A stretch of DNA of 39,858 bases from Cyanobacteria bacterium P01_A01_bin.123 (GCA_039815185.1 JBCBZT010000060.1:1-39858), one strand, 5' to 3'; positions 19,946 to 30,789 are shown, counted from the first letter of the stretch. Numbers and translations: made by a program. The notes: a model not told the origin generated them from the sequence alone.

Positions 19946-21040
19946 GTGATCGCGCCTCAATTGCCCATTAATTTGACAATCGCCTACGATGGGGAGACGA
20001 GTTTTTCCCAGTGTTCCTATCGAATGTCAATCAAGTCAGCTTTAGAGTCACCGTCCAACTCACCCAATCCCGTCGATGACGCAGGCGTGAAGCGAATTTT
20101 CATCACCGGGGCCAGCGGTTGCGTCGGGCACTGTATTGTCGAGATTCTGATTCACCAAACAAACCACGAGCTGTTTTTATTGCTGCGCAACCCTGATAAG
20201 TTGCAAATCAATGTCAACAGTCGTCCTGGCGTGCACGTGGTACAGGGAGACTTACAGGCCATTGAAAATTGGGCTGATTTGCTGGCCACTATGGATGTGG
20301 CAATTTTGACCGCAACTGCCTGGGGAGATCCGCAACTGACCTTTGACATCAATGTGGTCAAAACGTTAAAGCTGATGACCCTGCTTGACCCACAACAGTG
20401 TCAGCAAGTGATCTATTTCTCTACCGAGAGTATTCTTGATCACCACAATCGCCCCCTAAAGGAAGCTGGGGAAATTGGTACAGACTACATTCGCAGTAAA
20501 TATATTTGCCATCAGAAGCTCAAGGACCTGGCGATCGCGCCCCGGATTACTACCCTTTTCCCAACCTTAGTATTCGGGGGAGATAAGGATAAACCCTATT
20601 CGCACATTTCACTCGCACTAGCCGATATCGCTACTAAATGGACGCGGTGGATTCGCTTTTTTCAAGCGGACGGTAGCTTTCACATTATCCATGCAAAAGA
20701 CATTGCCCAAATTGTTTATCACTTAGTCGATCACCCCCCAGCCGCCGATGCCCCCCGAGAGTTAGTGCTCGGGAATCCAGCGCTGACGGTTAATCAAGCC
20801 GTAGAAGATATGTGCGACTATCTGGGCTACAAGGTCTTTTTTCGTATTCCACTCTCTACAGCGCTAGCCGATGTGATTATTTCAGCATTCAATATCCGCA
20901 TGGCGGCTTGGGATCGATTTTGTTTGACCTATCGCCATTTCACCCACGAAAATCCAATTAGCCCTGAATCATTTGGGATGGAGACCTTTTGCCCCACGGT
21001 AGGCGATTTGCTGCGGATTAATGGGGTACCGCCAGGTTAG
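19946..21040 (+). CDS. NAD(P)-dependent epimerase/dehydratase (extended SDR)
   Basis: IFITGASGCVG, YIRSK (YxxxK); the true start is probably ATG 20024 or GTG 20087. Confidence 0.85.
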   Translation: MIAPQLPINLTIAYDGETSFSQCSYRMSIKSALESPSNSPNPVDDAGVKRIFITGASGCVGHCIVEILIHQTNHELFLLLRNPDKLQINVNSRPGVHVVQGDLQAIENWADLLATMDVAILTATAWGDPQLTFDINVVKTLKLMTLLDPQQCQQVIYFSTESILDHHNRPLKEAGEIGTDYIRSKYICHQKLKDLAIAPRITTLFPTLVFGGDKDKPYSHISLALADIATKWTRWIRFFQADGSFHIIHAKDIAQIVYHLVDHPPAADAPRELVLGNPALTVNQAVEDMCDYLGYKVFFRIPLSTALADVIISAFNIRMAAWDRFCLTYRHFTHENPISPESFGMETFCPTVGDLLRINGVPPG

Positions 21041-21057
21041 GGAGTGCTTAGAATGGG

Positions 21058-21100
21058 TGCTCAATGGAGATTAATATTGAGCATGATTAATATTGAGCAT
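21058..21100. repeat. 16-bp tandem duplication over the pentapeptide-gene stop, plus hairpin
   Basis: GATTAATATTGAGCAT at 21069-21084 and 21085-21100; TGCTCAAT (21058-21065) can pair with ATTGAGCA. Confidence 0.8.
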
Positions 21101-21992
21101 TGTTCTTTTGAATGAGGCCATCAGGCAAGATCGCCCCTGTTAAGTCAGCATTTTTCAAATTGGTGTATTCGATATTGGCGTTAATCATGACTGCATCGGT
21201 CAGAATTGCGCCACTAAGGTTTGACCAACTGAGCTTAGCTCGATACAGGGTTACCCCACGCAAATTGGCCCCCCGGAAAGAGCTCCAACTGAGGTTAGCA
21301 CTGCGCAAATTAGCCTGACTCAAATTCGTGTTGACTAAATTTGCCCCTTTGACCCGAGCTCGGTTGAGATCAACCCCACGTAAATCTGCCCCTTCTAGAC
21401 TGGCACCGCTCAATATGGCCCCAATCATGCTGGCCCCGTCTAAGATAGCGCCATTGAGAAGCGCACTGGTCAGGTTAGCACCATCAAGAATAGCTGCGCT
21501 GAAATCAGCGCTGAGCATTTTGGCACGGCTCAGACTAACCTCACTCAAATCCGCTTCGCGTAGGTTTGCAGAATTTAAATTGGCCTCGTTTAAGTTAGCT
21601 TCTCGCAAGTTAGCTTGCTTGAGCTGGGTGCGCAATAAATTGCTGCTGCGCATGCCTGCGTCAGTAAGGTCTGCCCCTGTTAAATTGGCATCGGTTAAGT
21701 CTGCCCCAATAAAGTTCGCCAGGTGCATCTTGGCGAATTCTAAGTTAGCTTCGGTGAGGACAGCTTCCCGGAGATTAACACCTTCAAGGATGGCACCTTG
21801 GAGATTTGCCTGATGTAGATTTGCCCGCCGGAGATTTGCCCCTTTTAAGTTGCAGTTTGTCAGGTTAGCCGCGACCAGCTTAACCTCTCGAAAGTCCCGC
21901 TCCCCGGCTGCATACCTGGCTATCAGTTCCTCAGCTTCCATTTCCATGGGCTTGATCTCGCTTACATTCATCTTGGCGATGCGCTCCGACAA
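21087..21992 (-). CDS. Pentapeptide repeat protein
   Basis: ELIARYAAGERDF head, then continuous A(N/D)Lxx repeats ending LTGAILPDG; start uncertain. Confidence 0.93.
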   Translation of the reverse strand: MSERIAKMNVSEIKPMEMEAEELIARYAAGERDFREVKLVAANLTNCNLKGANLRRANLHQANLQGAILEGVNLREAVLTEANLEFAKMHLANFIGADLTDANLTGADLTDAGMRSSNLLRTQLKQANLREANLNEANLNSANLREADLSEVSLSRAKMLSADFSAAILDGANLTSALLNGAILDGASMIGAILSGASLEGADLRGVDLNRARVKGANLVNTNLSQANLRSANLSWSSFRGANLRGVTLYRAKLSWSNLSGAILTDAVMINANIEYTNLKNADLTGAILPDGLIQKNNAQY

Positions 21993-22528
21993 AATATCTT
22001 CAATAGGTTAAGTGGGCTGGATAGATTCCCAGGCAGGTAATGATTGGACTTTATCGGGGAGCAACGAACCAATGGGGGCTTTGAAGCGTGGACAATTGAG
22101 ACAATGCCCATGCTTGTACATATTAGAGTGCCCAGATTTTCTCCAATTTCTGAAAAGACAACGCCTAAAATGCGGTTGATCCAAAATATTCAGTAATACA
22201 GAATATTGATAGTCTTTTTTATACAAGAAATATTTCTTTGTATGCCAACCCCATTAACGTTTTCTTTAAGCTGGATTCATAATCCCAATTGATCAGGGAC
22301 ACTTTTATTGGTGTTCTGATAGGGGAGGGTTGTTCAGACCCTTCATTACCAAACCATCATCAGAACATGAATCCGGAGGCTTTGGCGAATTTGTGAGTGG
22401 AGCCCACGGGCGATCGCGGTTGAATTGCAGCTGCCATCGAGTCCTTTAGATCTCCAAACATGATTTTGCGTATCCCGGTTGTGTTTTTCGTTTTAAGCAG
22501 TCACGAGTTAGCAGGGAACCTATTCACT

Positions 22529-24214
22529 ATGTCAGATAACCGTCGCAGTCAGGTTGTCACCCAAGGGGTTCAGCGGGCACCCAACCGAGCCATGCTCCGC
22601 GCCGTTGGGTTTGAAGATCAAGACTTCAACAAACCCATTGTTGGGCTAGCCAATGGCTACAGCACCATTACCCCCTGCAATATGGGGATCAATACCCTCG
22701 CGCTCAGGGCAGAGGCAGGGATTAAGACATCGGGAGCCATGCCCCAGATGTTTGGCACGATTACCATCAGCGACGGAATCTCTATGGGTACCGAAGGAAT
22801 GAAATATTCTTTGGTCTCCCGTGAAGTCATTGCCGATTCGATTGAAACCGCCTGTATGGGCCAGAGCATGGATGGTGTTTTAGCCATTGGTGGGTGTGAC
22901 AAAAATATGCCGGGTGCCCTCATTGCGATGGCGCGGATGAATATTCCTGCCCTGTTTGTCTATGGTGGCACAATTAAGCCCGGCCATTACAACGGTGAAG
23001 ATCTGACCGTGGTCAGTGCCTTTGAAGCCGTGGGGCAATACAGCGCCGGCAAAATTGACCAAGAACACCTGACCCAAGTGGAACGTCACGCCTGCCCAGG
23101 GGCAGGGTCTTGTGGCGGCATGTTTACCGCCAACACGATGTCCTCAGCTTTTGAAGCCATGGGCATGAGCCTGATGTATTCATCCACCATGGCTGCCGAG
23201 GATGAAGAGAAGGCTGAAAGCGCTGAAAAATCTGCCTTTGTTTTAGTCGAAGCCGTTCGTAAGCAAATTTTACCCCGCGATATTCTCACCCGCAAAGCCT
23301 TTGAAAACGCTATGGCGGTGATCATGGCGGTGGGCGGTTCAACCAATTCGGTGCTGCATCTTTTGGCGATCGCGAATGCCATTGGTGTCGAGCTTACCCT
23401 AGACGACTTTGAAACCATCCGTGCTAAAGTGCCCGTCTTCTGCGATCTCAAACCCTCTGGGCGCTATGTCGCCACTGACCTACACAAAGCTGGGGGCATT
23501 CCCCAGGTGATGAAGATGCTGTTGGTAAACGGTTTGCTCCACGGCGATGCCCTCACCATTACCGGACAGACGATTGAAGAAGTGCTGGCCGAAGTGTCTG
23601 CTGACCCCCGCGCCGATCAAGATGTGATTCGCCCCTTTAACCAACCGATTTATCCCCAGGGACATCTGGGCATTCTCAAGGGCAATCTGGCAACCGAAGG
23701 AGCTGTGGCCAAGCTAACCGGCATCAAAAAACGCCAAATCACTGGCCCCGCCCGCGTGTTTGAATCTGAAGAAGCCTGTCTAGATGCCATTTTGGCAGGC
23801 AAAATTCAAGCGGGAGATGTCATAGTTGTGCGCTATGAGGGCCCCAAGGGTGGCCCTGGAATGCGGGAAATGCTAGCGCCTACCTCAGCCATTATTGGTG
23901 CTGGTTTGGGTGATGCCGTGGGGTTGATTACCGATGGGCGATTTTCGGGTGGCACCTACGGCATGGTTGTGGGGCATGTGGCACCAGAAGCTGCTGTGGG
24001 GGGGAACATCGCGCTGGTGCAAGAAGGAGACCCTATCACCATTGATGCCGACGCCCGCCTGCTGCAACTGAATGTATCTGATCAGGTGTTGGCTGCGCGA
24101 CGAGCAGCATGGCAGCCCCCAACGCCACGCTATACCAAGGGGATTTTGGCTAAGTATGCCAAGTTGGTCTCTTCTAGTAGCCAAGGGGCTGTAACGGATA
24201 TGAACCTGGATTGA
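22529..24214 (+). CDS. ilvD: Dihydroxy-acid dehydratase
   Basis: [50 protein letters not shown]; start set to MSDNRRS. Confidence 0.97.
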   Translation: MSDNRRSQVVTQGVQRAPNRAMLRAVGFEDQDFNKPIVGLANGYSTITPCNMGINTLALRAEAGIKTSGAMPQMFGTITISDGISMGTEGMKYSLVSREVIADSIETACMGQSMDGVLAIGGCDKNMPGALIAMARMNIPALFVYGGTIKPGHYNGEDLTVVSAFEAVGQYSAGKIDQEHLTQVERHACPGAGSCGGMFTANTMSSAFEAMGMSLMYSSTMAAEDEEKAESAEKSAFVLVEAVRKQILPRDILTRKAFENAMAVIMAVGGSTNSVLHLLAIANAIGVELTLDDFETIRAKVPVFCDLKPSGRYVATDLHKAGGIPQVMKMLLVNGLLHGDALTITGQTIEEVLAEVSADPRADQDVIRPFNQPIYPQGHLGILKGNLATEGAVAKLTGIKKRQITGPARVFESEEACLDAILAGKIQAGDVIVVRYEGPKGGPGMREMLAPTSAIIGAGLGDAVGLITDGRFSGGTYGMVVGHVAPEAAVGGNIALVQEGDPITIDADARLLQLNVSDQVLAARRAAWQPPTPRYTKGILAKYAKLVSSSSQGAVTDMNLD

Positions 24215-24243
24215 TCAGGGTTTTTGGCGGACACCAGCCTGCG

Positions 24244-24271
24244 GTATGGGGCGCGATCGCTGTGCCCCTAC
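24244..24271. repeat. REP-like GTAG-type palindrome containing HIP1
   Basis: Reverse complement GTAGGGGCACAGCGATCGCGCCCCATAC; GGGGC/GCCCC stem. Confidence 0.55.
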
Positions 24272-24343
24272 TCGGTTTTTTGAACTTAGAGATGTTGTGA
24301 TAATGGGGACAGTGCAGCATTTTATGTTGGAGGCGAGGACACC

Positions 24344-24934
24344 ATGACGGTTACAGCCACGTTGATGAGTCTTGAGGACTTTTTCGCCCACACAGACGAC
24401 ACCGATACCCTCTACGAATTAGAGAATGGGGAACTGCTTGCAATGCCGCCAGAGAGTGACCTCAATCAACGAATTGCTTCATTTCTGTTTGCCTATTTTT
24501 TGCGGCAGGGCATCTCCCACGACTGCTTGCGGATGAAAACGGAGGTAGCGGTGAGTGGGGCAAGGGTAACCGTGCGACTACCAGATTTGCTATTGCTATC
24601 CGAGGAGTTGGTGATCGCGCTGGGGGAGGCAACGCGATCAACCGTGACGCTGGACATGCCACCGCCTCAGTTGGTGGTGGAAGTGGTATCACCAGGGAAA
24701 CAAAATCGAGACCGCGACTATCGCTATAAGCGTTCTCAATATGAAGCTCGCAGCATCGGGGAGTATTGGATTGTTGACCCGATTGCTCAGCAAGTGACGG
24801 TGTTAGTGTTGGTGGAAGGATTATATGAGGCGACAGTGCTTGAGGGTGAGACGGTGATTAGGTCGCCGTTATTGACGGCGTTGAAGTCGGGGCACGAATT
24901 GACGGCAGCACAGGTGTTGGGAGCTGGTGCGTGA
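24344..24934 (+). CDS. Uma2-family (DUF820) PD-(D/E)xK endonuclease-like protein
   Basis: YELENGEL..MPPES, RLPDL, LVVEVVSPG, DYRYKRSQY, EYWIVDP. Confidence 0.92.
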   Translation: MTVTATLMSLEDFFAHTDDTDTLYELENGELLAMPPESDLNQRIASFLFAYFLRQGISHDCLRMKTEVAVSGARVTVRLPDLLLLSEELVIALGEATRSTVTLDMPPPQLVVEVVSPGKQNRDRDYRYKRSQYEARSIGEYWIVDPIAQQVTVLVLVEGLYEATVLEGETVIRSPLLTALKSGHELTAAQVLGAGA

Positions 24935-24988
24935 TAGCAATTGGAAGAGTGACTCAAGACTTGATATAAACCACCACAAACAAAACAT

Positions 24989-26113
24989 CTAATAAATTTC
25001 GTATTTTAGCCATTGACATTTGAGGGTGCCGTTGTAAACGGTGACTCGTTTAGCTGACTTCATCCCGATGGCTTGGGAAAGGGCTTTATTGCCGCTCAGC
25101 ACATAGGCTGTCCAACCGCGAAAGCGGGTTTTGAGTGTGGTGCCAAGGAGATGGTAAAGCTCGCCGACCGTTTCTTTAGACGCTAAGCGTTCACCATAGG
25201 GGGGATTGCAAACCAAGATGCCTTGATCTGTAGGGGCTTCCAGATCGGCTAGTTCCTGCTGGGCAAAATTAACGGACTGGTCTAATCCACCTTTGTGGGC
25301 ATTGGCTTGGGCTTGTTGGATGACGGATGGGTCGCGATCGCAGCCCCAAATCTTTAATGGAACATCTTTTTGCTGTTGGGCCTCCGCCTCCTGACGTAAG
25401 TGCTGCCAAAGGTCAGCATCAAAATCAGGCCAGCGTTCAAACCCAAACTGAGTGCGGAATAACCCCGGTGCTAGATTAAGCGCTTTGAGGCTGGCTTCTA
25501 ACAGCAACGTCCCGGAACCGCACATGGGATCGAGTAGGGGTTGATGGGGTTGCCAGTCTGTGAGTTCGATCAGCGCTGCTGCCAAGGTTTCTTTCAACGG
25601 GGCCTGACCGACAGCAGCACGATATCCCCGACGATGGAGACTATCACCAGAACTATCGAGGCTGATGGTAGCGCGATGACGATGAATATGAACCTGCACC
25701 CGCACATCCGGGTGATTGGAGTCCACGCTGGATCGAATGCGGGTTTCTTGCCGCTGCTGATCAACGATGGCGTTTTTGACCTGTAGGGCAGTGTAGTGGC
25801 TGTGGTTGAGCGCCTGATTTTTGCCTGTGACGGTCACAGCTAGGGTGGCATCTGGTGGAATATACCTTAGCCAGTCAATTTTTTGCACACCATGATAGAG
25901 ATCTTGAGCATCTCTAGCAGATACGGTTTTGAGCTGCCACAGAATGCGATAGGGAATGCGACACCAAAGATTAGCCCGATAAGCCAGGGCGCGATCGCCT
26001 TCAAAGGATACTCCGCCTGGTGTTTCGCACACCTGATTTGCACCGAGGGCAGTCAGTTCTTGGGCTGCGATCGCGGTTAGCCCTGGCGCCACTGATGCAA
26101 AATATTGAGCCAT
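24989..26113 (-). CDS. THUMP-domain SAM-dependent RNA methyltransferase (RlmL-like)
   Basis: SLHRRGYR, APLKETLAA, DPMCGSGT, NPPYGER. Confidence 0.9.
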   Translation of the reverse strand: MAQYFASVAPGLTAIAAQELTALGANQVCETPGGVSFEGDRALAYRANLWCRIPYRILWQLKTVSARDAQDLYHGVQKIDWLRYIPPDATLAVTVTGKNQALNHSHYTALQVKNAIVDQQRQETRIRSSVDSNHPDVRVQVHIHRHRATISLDSSGDSLHRRGYRAAVGQAPLKETLAAALIELTDWQPHQPLLDPMCGSGTLLLEASLKALNLAPGLFRTQFGFERWPDFDADLWQHLRQEAEAQQQKDVPLKIWGCDRDPSVIQQAQANAHKGGLDQSVNFAQQELADLEAPTDQGILVCNPPYGERLASKETVGELYHLLGTTLKTRFRGWTAYVLSGNKALSQAIGMKSAKRVTVYNGTLKCQWLKYEIY

Positions 26114-26142
26114 TGGTTGTGTTGATCAAAGTTGATCGACGA

Positions 26143-27954
26143 TTAGTCAATCTCGGTGGTAAAAGGCAGGCGTAGGTATACGCCGTTAGGATCTTGCATC
26201 AGCTCTAACACCCGGAGTTGCTCTCGCAGTTTGAGGAATTCCTGTGACAGCGGATCTTTGCCGCCTGGCAGTCGAGAGGTTAATTGGCTGAAGAAATTTT
26301 CCAAAATTTGTTCTTCTAGAGACAGGGGTTTGGGATATTCTTCCACCGTCCAGTCGTCGAGTTCAGCAGCTGCGGCTGCGGACGCGATCGCGTCTTCGAG
26401 TCCCCCCAATTCATTCACTAATCCGCGTTCAGCAGCATCATTGCCCAACCATACCCGTCCCTGGGCAATCTCATCCACGCGCGTTTTGGGAATTTCCCGT
26501 GACTCTGCCACCATCGTGATAAAGCGATCGTACAGCTGATTGACAATGCCTTGCTGGAGCTGGAGTTCTGCGTCTGACTGGGGCCGGGCAATGGTGTTGA
26601 TGTCGGCAAATTCTGCGGTTTTGATCACATCCCAGGTAATGCCGTTGTCGTTGGCGATGTCTTGAAGATTCAAAATCAGGCCAAATACCCCAATCGATCC
26701 GGTGATCGTACTGGGCAAGGCATAGATTTTATCTGCGTGGGTCGAAATCATATAGCCGCCGGAAGCCGCCAAATCTGCCATAGAAACCACTAGTGGCTTG
26801 GCCTCACTAGCAAGCTGCACCTCCCGGCTGATAATTTCTGAGGCCCGTGCCCCGCCCCCCGGGCTGTTAACCCGCAGCACAATGGCATCAATCTCGTCAT
26901 CTTCCCGCAGTTCTCGCAATTGCCGCGATAGCCCGACAGACCCAATCACGCCTGGGCCGGATTCGCCTCCCGTAATTTCGCCTTCAGCGTAGACGACTGC
27001 CACCACATCGTCATTCCAGCCGTCATCCTGACGCTGATTGACAATCCGACTATACTCAACGAGCCCAACCTGAGGAAAGACTTCATCATCCCTTGGGTCA
27101 GCATCGGTCAGCGATCGCAGTTCTGCCAACACTTCATCAAAATGGGCAACTTTATCCACCAGTCCTGCTGCCTGGGCTTCGTCTGCCATGAGTAACCCGC
27201 CCTGGTTAGCAATTTGCTGGAGCTGTTGGGTTTCTAGATCCCGAGCGCCAGCGACCTTGCCCAAAAAGTCTTGCCATAGACCATTGATGAGTGCCCGAGT
27301 TTGCTCTTGGGATTCAGGGCTACTTTCGGTGCGAATAAACGGTTCCACAGCAGACTTATATCGCCCTGCTTGCAGCACTTGTACGCCGATGCCGTACTTC
27401 TCTAATGCCCCCGCTAAAAATTGACTTTCAACGCTGAACCCGTTGAGTTCAATAATGCCAGCGGGATTTAACATCAAGTTATCAGCAACGGACGTGAGGT
27501 AATAGTCACGTTCGCTCCATCCCACGTTGTAGGCAATGATAGGTTTGCCAGACGCTTGAAATTTTTCTAACGCGATCCGGATTTCCGACAACGTGGCTAA
27601 CCCTTCTAGGGTGTTTCCCTGGAGATAGAGTCCGACGATGTCGTTATCCTCGGCGGCGGCTTCTAGGGTCTGAATGGCAGAGTAGATTGAAATTGACTGA
27701 TTACTTTGGCCAGAAATCGCCTCTTCTAAAGCAATCTCAGCTCGAGAGGGCGGAATTGAGTCGGTAATGTCTACGGACAAATCAAACACCAACATTGATG
27801 GGTCTTCGATTTCAGGATCTACATCGCGGGAGGCCGTTGCGACAATAAAGCCCAGAAAGCCAACGATGCTAACCCCAAGCAACGTCATCAGGACGATTAA
27901 GCCAACGATGGTACCGACGGCGCTGGCGGTCGCGTATTTGAGAAAGTCACGCAT
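26143..27954 (-). CDS. sppA: Signal peptide peptidase SppA, 67K type
   Basis: GRYKSAVEPF, LRVNSPGG, AASGGY, TGSIGV, IAQGRVW. Confidence 0.95.
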   Translation of the reverse strand: MRDFLKYATASAVGTIVGLIVLMTLLGVSIVGFLGFIVATASRDVDPEIEDPSMLVFDLSVDITDSIPPSRAEIALEEAISGQSNQSISIYSAIQTLEAAAEDNDIVGLYLQGNTLEGLATLSEIRIALEKFQASGKPIIAYNVGWSERDYYLTSVADNLMLNPAGIIELNGFSVESQFLAGALEKYGIGVQVLQAGRYKSAVEPFIRTESSPESQEQTRALINGLWQDFLGKVAGARDLETQQLQQIANQGGLLMADEAQAAGLVDKVAHFDEVLAELRSLTDADPRDDEVFPQVGLVEYSRIVNQRQDDGWNDDVVAVVYAEGEITGGESGPGVIGSVGLSRQLRELREDDEIDAIVLRVNSPGGGARASEIISREVQLASEAKPLVVSMADLAASGGYMISTHADKIYALPSTITGSIGVFGLILNLQDIANDNGITWDVIKTAEFADINTIARPQSDAELQLQQGIVNQLYDRFITMVAESREIPKTRVDEIAQGRVWLGNDAAERGLVNELGGLEDAIASAAAAAELDDWTVEEYPKPLSLEEQILENFFSQLTSRLPGGKDPLSQEFLKLREQLRVLELMQDPNGVYLRLPFTTEID

Positions 27955-27990
27955 GGTGTTTGACGGGAAGAAGCGGAATAAGCATTTTCT

Positions 27991-29043
27991 TCATGGTACC
28001 CGCTGTAAGCAGTGGGCGTCCCGTAAGCCTTTAGGGTGAGGTTTGCCCGTGCAAAACAAAACGGTGGTCAATTCTGCCAGCAAGACTTCGACGAGTTCAA
28101 CCAGGGCTGCTTCCGACGCATCGGCAGCCTGTAAGAATGGCCATGCCATGCCAACTAAGTCGGCTCCTAGGGCAATCGCTTTGGCAACCTCTAACCCGTT
28201 GCGCAACCCACCGGAGGCAATTAAAGGGATGTTTGGCGCGATCGCCCGCACTGTCGTCACACACTCTGCGGTAGGAATGCCCCAGTCAGCAAAGGTATTG
28301 CCCAATCGGCGCTGTTTTGCATCTTTTGCCCGTTCACTCTCTACCCGAGCCCAAGATGTTCCCCCAGCACCAGCGACATCAATGGCAGAAACTCCCGCCT
28401 CAATCAACCGCTGAGCCACCACGGCAGAAATGCCATTGCCGACTTCTTTGGCGATAACAGGTACAGGCAGTTGGTTGCAAACCTCAGCAATTTTGGCCAA
28501 CAGCCCCCGAAAATTTGTGTCTCCCTCGGTTTGCACACATTCTTGTAGCGGATTGATGTGCAAAATTAAGGCATCGGCTTCTAAGCGATCAACAATCTGC
28601 TGACATTGTTCTAGCCCATAGTCGTAGTTGAGCTGCACCGCACCTAAATTAGCAAACAGCAAAATATCGGGCGCTTCCCGACGCACCGAAAACGTTTTCA
28701 TTAAATCAGGGCGTTCCACGGCAATTCGCTGAGACCCCACACCCATAGCTAACCCGTAAGCCTGAGCTACAGCTGCCAGTCGCTGATTAATCAGATGGGC
28801 TTGTTCGGTACCTCCAGTCATCGATGAAATCAGCAGGGGAGTTTTGAGCGTTTTACCGAGGAAGGGAGTGTCGAGGGCAATATCACTCCGGTTAAGTTCT
28901 GGCAAACACTGGTGTGTAAAGCGATAGTGCTCAAAGCCCGTCGTGGTGCGGTCAAACTGAACATCGTCATCAATGCAAATCCTTAAGTGATCAGCTTTGC
29001 GATTTTGCGTCTCCAAGGAAACGAGGGATGGGGAGGTCACCAT
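27991..29043 (-). CDS. fni: Type 2 isopentenyl-diphosphate delta-isomerase
   Basis: [46 protein letters not shown]. Confidence 0.96.
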   Translation of the reverse strand: MVTSPSLVSLETQNRKADHLRICIDDDVQFDRTTTGFEHYRFTHQCLPELNRSDIALDTPFLGKTLKTPLLISSMTGGTEQAHLINQRLAAVAQAYGLAMGVGSQRIAVERPDLMKTFSVRREAPDILLFANLGAVQLNYDYGLEQCQQIVDRLEADALILHINPLQECVQTEGDTNFRGLLAKIAEVCNQLPVPVIAKEVGNGISAVVAQRLIEAGVSAIDVAGAGGTSWARVESERAKDAKQRRLGNTFADWGIPTAECVTTVRAIAPNIPLIASGGLRNGLEVAKAIALGADLVGMAWPFLQAADASEAALVELVEVLLAELTTVLFCTGKPHPKGLRDAHCLQRVP

Positions 29044-29275
29044 GGGTTCTAATTAAAATTCAGAGTTGCCTTGATTCGGAGGAGCTTCAAAGGAACATTA
29101 GGCCTATTTTCAATGACCTGTAGTTTCCCACAAATCTCGAGGAGAACTAGGTGTTCCGTTAATAATCTCCATTGTTTATGGGTATGGGCCGCGATTGGGT
29201 TCTCTCGATTATTCGCCGTGGAGGTTGATACGCATTCCTCTCCTTCGAGGAAACAGGTATTACTGCGTTTTCAAG

Positions 29276-29878
29276 CTATTTCGCTGCACGCATCACGATT
29301 TGCGTTAGAGCTCTCGCATAATTTTCGTCTAAAGGGGCGTGCCGCAGCAATAATCGATACCACATGGGGCCATACACCAAATCCACCAGGAGATAGGGGT
29401 TTACTGTATCTGCAATTTCACCCCGCGCTTGGGCTTGGCGAAACAGCGCTTCGAGGCCTTGGCGTCGCTTGGCTACAAACCGCTCATAAAACAACGCTGC
29501 GAAGTCAGGGTCAGACTGGCTCTCACTCATTAACGCTGCATACAGTGCACCTGTTTCTTGTAGTGCCGCAAAGGTTTTTGAGAGCAGGCTTTGTAGGGTT
29601 AATTCAAGAGATTCCTGCTCAGTAAACGGAGCAGCAGACTCGGCAACAAAGTCAGCCGCTTCCAGAGCAATATCCGCCTTCGTCTTCCACCAGCGATAAA
29701 TTGTCATCCGCCCGACCTTAGCAGCTTTGGCTAATCCGTCAATCGTGACTTTCGAATAACCCAGCGTTTGTATCTGCTTGATCAAAGTCTTAAGGATCGC
29801 CTCTCGAACCTGCGGATCACGCTTTCGTCCGCGGGGTTTCGGTGTCTCAGAAAAGGGGGCTTTAGACGAAGTTTTCAT
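29276..29878 (-). CDS. TetR/AcrR-family regulator
   Basis: RGRKRD, GYSKVTIDGLAKAAKVGRMTIYRWWKTK HTH, DLVYGPMWYRLL. Confidence 0.93.
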   Translation of the reverse strand: MKTSSKAPFSETPKPRGRKRDPQVREAILKTLIKQIQTLGYSKVTIDGLAKAAKVGRMTIYRWWKTKADIALEAADFVAESAAPFTEQESLELTLQSLLSKTFAALQETGALYAALMSESQSDPDFAALFYERFVAKRRQGLEALFRQAQARGEIADTVNPYLLVDLVYGPMWYRLLLRHAPLDENYARALTQIVMRAAK

Positions 29879-29939
29879 GCATTTACGATACAACTTGTCA
29901 CGCAAAAAATAAAGCGATACAATTTGTATCGTAAATGCA
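29878..29939. promoter_or_regulatory. Divergent TetR control region with two operators and a 16-bp perfect inverted repeat
   Basis: TGCATTTACGATACAA (29878-29893) / TTGTATCGTAAATGCA (29924-29939); perfect CGATACAA-T-TTGTATCG (29915-29931); degenerate copy at 29886-29902. Confidence 0.8.
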
Positions 29940-29949
29940 GGTATTCATC

Positions 29950-30789
29950 ATGCAATTCAAAATCACAGGTGCGTATTCATTTGCAGATACTTACGATGTC
30001 ATGCAGCCCAGCGACGGCGTGATTGCTCGGGCAGGACGATTGACGGGTGCTTGGCGATTAGAGTCGAGTGATGGGCGCTCAGGTAACGTGCACATCAATG
30101 CCGCGACTGCAGTACGGTTTGTGCCTAACGAGGCACCTGCACTGCTAGGCACAATGGTCTTGAATATGTTTGAGTACGAAGGTTCGGAACCCGAAACAGA
30201 TGTCCTATATCTGGCCTATGAAGCCAGTCACTTTCAACAGCCAGGGCTGAGTCAGCAAATCATTACTGTTGAAGGTCGCTTTGTGGGTGGGCGTGGTCGG
30301 TATGCCGGGGCAACTGGGTCTTTACACGTCGTGTCGGTCAATGGTTTTATCCAAGACGGCGTCGCCGAAGTTCACTTGCCGCCTCAATCTGAAGCTGGAC
30401 ATCCCCAACCCCTGAGTCCTGATCAGGTTCGTGCTGCGGTTGCCCATTACTTTGAAGGCACTCGCAGTGGGGATGCGGCCCGGTGGGCATCTGCTTTTGC
30501 GACGAATGCGGTGGTTGAAGATCCGATTGGTCAACCTGCACTGACGAATGCTCAAGCAATATTGGCTCAGGGTGAGGCTTTCCTGTCAGCCTTTAGCAGT
30601 GTTGGGTTACACGAGAAATTTGTAGAAGTTAATGGGCATGAAGCGGTTGCCTATTGGGAAGGTCAGGGGACAACGTTCGATAGACAGGCGGTTCGATTTG
30701 CGGGGATCAATCAGTTTCGATTTGATGCGAATGGCAAAGTTATCAGTCTTCGAGGCTTCTGGAGTCCTGATGATATCCAACCCGCTTAA
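29950..30789 (+). CDS. Two-domain protein: putative AOC/dirigent-like barrel + SnoaL/NTF2-like domain
   Basis: FVGGRGRYAGATG in the N-domain; C-domain WASAFATNAVVEDPIG..GINQFRFDANGKVISLRGFW. Confidence 0.7.
   Translation: MQFKITGAYSFADTYDVMQPSDGVIARAGRLTGAWRLESSDGRSGNVHINAATAVRFVPNEAPALLGTMVLNMFEYEGSEPETDVLYLAYEASHFQQPGLSQQIITVEGRFVGGRGRYAGATGSLHVVSVNGFIQDGVAEVHLPPQSEAGHPQPLSPDQVRAAVAHYFEGTRSGDAARWASAFATNAVVEDPIGQPALTNAQAILAQGEAFLSAFSSVGLHEKFVEVNGHEAVAYWEGQGTTFDRQAVRFAGINQFRFDANGKVISLRGFWSPDDIQPA

Noticed and set aside
21112..21813. Repetitive plus-strand ORFs
   Set aside because: Antisense of pentapeptide repeats.
22000..22460. AT-rich intergenic region and 72-aa ORF as sRNA or leader peptide
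   Set aside because: No recognisable structure, RBS or Ile/Leu/Val-rich attenuator; consistent with divergent promoters.
24344..24934. Uma2 as part of a defence or restriction-modification system
   Set aside because: Uma2 genes are highly multicopy in cyanobacteria, and the neighbouring methyltransferase is an RNA (THUMP) enzyme.
29071..29625. 184-aa plus-strand ORF, and a minus-strand micro-ORF MRINLHGE with a strong SD
   Set aside because: The long ORF is largely antisense to TetR; the 8-codon ORF has no independent support.
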